NCBI RefSeq assembly: GCF_018350175.1
Contig: NC_058368.1
Coordinates: forward strand, 103,604,001 to 103,668,000
Length of the DNA: 64,000 nucleotides
Direction of reading: 5' to 3'
From: Felis catus
Taxonomy: Eukaryota
Shown: one piece after another, positions 62,882 through 64,000 of the stretch
Numbering within the stretch: position 1 is the first letter of the stretch
How the letters are laid out: every line of letters starts with the position of its first letter
Position numbers and translations under genes: made by a program
The notes under the pieces: generated by a model
Seen by the model: only the letters and a program-made list of their open reading frames with translations
What the model was told of the DNA's origin: nothing
Databases searched by the model: none

Positions 62882-64000
62882 AATTTAATATCATGTGCTG
62901 CAGTCAAGAGTCTTAGCAGAGAAGTGTTGTGCATCCCTGAATAGAGACAGGGGTCTAAATTAGGAAGAGGTGAAGGTGCACATGTAAATCACACAGGTGC
63001 AGCCCAGGATTGCACTCTTTGGCAGTGGGATGCTCGAACAACATCGGTTCCATATGAGCAGGAAAGCAGCTAGGCCAGAACTTGATAGTGACAAGCAGTT
63101 AAAACATGCTTTTGTGTGCTCAAATAACCTCTTCAGCATGATAATATCTTTATCTGGAAGATGAATTGTGTGCCACCCATCAATCTTGAGGGAATGTTAT
63201 CAGCATAAAAGTGACAGTATCTAGGGAGTGTTAAGAATCTTTTCAAAGGAGTCGTATTTTCAACGACTTGTTCATTACTGGCAAACAGAATACAATCAAA
63301 TAATATTCAATTGAAATTAGAACATAACATGTTACATACATCCCATCTTTGAAACCAGTCATGTGATTTTTATATCCATCCCTGAGAAATATATAATTAA
63401 GAAAAAAATGCTTGTAGTCTTTACGTTTAAAATGCATAGTGGGAATACACAAATAGCCACGCACACAGAGTAGCATTATTTATATCAAGTTCTGCAGAAG
63501 CAGAACGTAGTGATTGTGCCACTAGTTTTACGGCCTCATCAAATATAAAATGAAGGTCAAAAATGAAATGAAAAGAATGTAATGTATAAATGAAACTTCG
63601 GTTGTGCCTCTGAAGAATTCATTATAACAGTATGCTGATTTTTTTTTTGCTTATTTTGCATTAAAATCAGACTCTAAAAGAAACCGACACAATAATAGGC
63701 TATGATACTATTAAAGGGATGACATTGCCCATTGAATACCATTTAGCGCGAATCACTGGTAGTACTATTAATTTCTCCTTTTTTAATGCACACTTTAGCT
63801 AGCACATGACCCATACCATGAACATCAGTTACACCCCGGGGACCAGACATTAACAGCATGTGCTACGAGTGGTTTATTTTACAATTGCTGGGAAATAAAA
63901 GCTGATGGAAATGAGCCACTGGTGAATTACTTGCTAGCAAAAACAACAATATTTGTATCACTACTGAAAAACTCCCTCCCAAAAGGGGTGAGGGGAGGAG

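Noticed and set aside
1..64000. tRNA genes, CRISPR-like arrays, numts, non-retroviral viral inserts, processed pseudogenes
   Set aside because: A/B boxes belong to SINE heads; no regularly spaced repeat-spacer array, no mitochondrial or viral-like coding stretch and no recognisable retrocopy were seen by eye. A BLASTx would be needed to exclude degraded ones.

Overview
AT-rich, non-coding mammalian genomic DNA, almost certainly from a felid. It carries about 30 tRNA-derived carnivore Can-SINEs (SINEC_Fc-type, several very young with perfect target-site duplications) and two 5'-truncated carnivore L1s. An ancient layer includes MIR, L2, CR1/L3, L1M/HAL1, MaLR/ERVL LTRs and hAT/Tigger DNA transposon relics (Charlie1, MER20B, MER5, MER58, MER82, MER94), plus many microsatellites. 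I cannot support any protein-coding gene: ORFs in the track are SINE/L1/microsatellite read-throughs or short chance frames. There are no tRNA/rRNA genes, CRISPR arrays or prokaryotic systems, and I did not find a convincing novel biological system. The most notable items are a very old, internally deleted ERVL-class provirus relic with both LTRs and a gag remnant (39521-42410), several nested or same-site insertion stacks, and a few repair/duplication scars. Weaker candidates are two minus-strand exon-like units and repeat-free islands with inverted transcription-factor motif pairs. Repeat family names come from my recollection of consensus sequences, not from a database search. Boundaries of old repeats are approximate.
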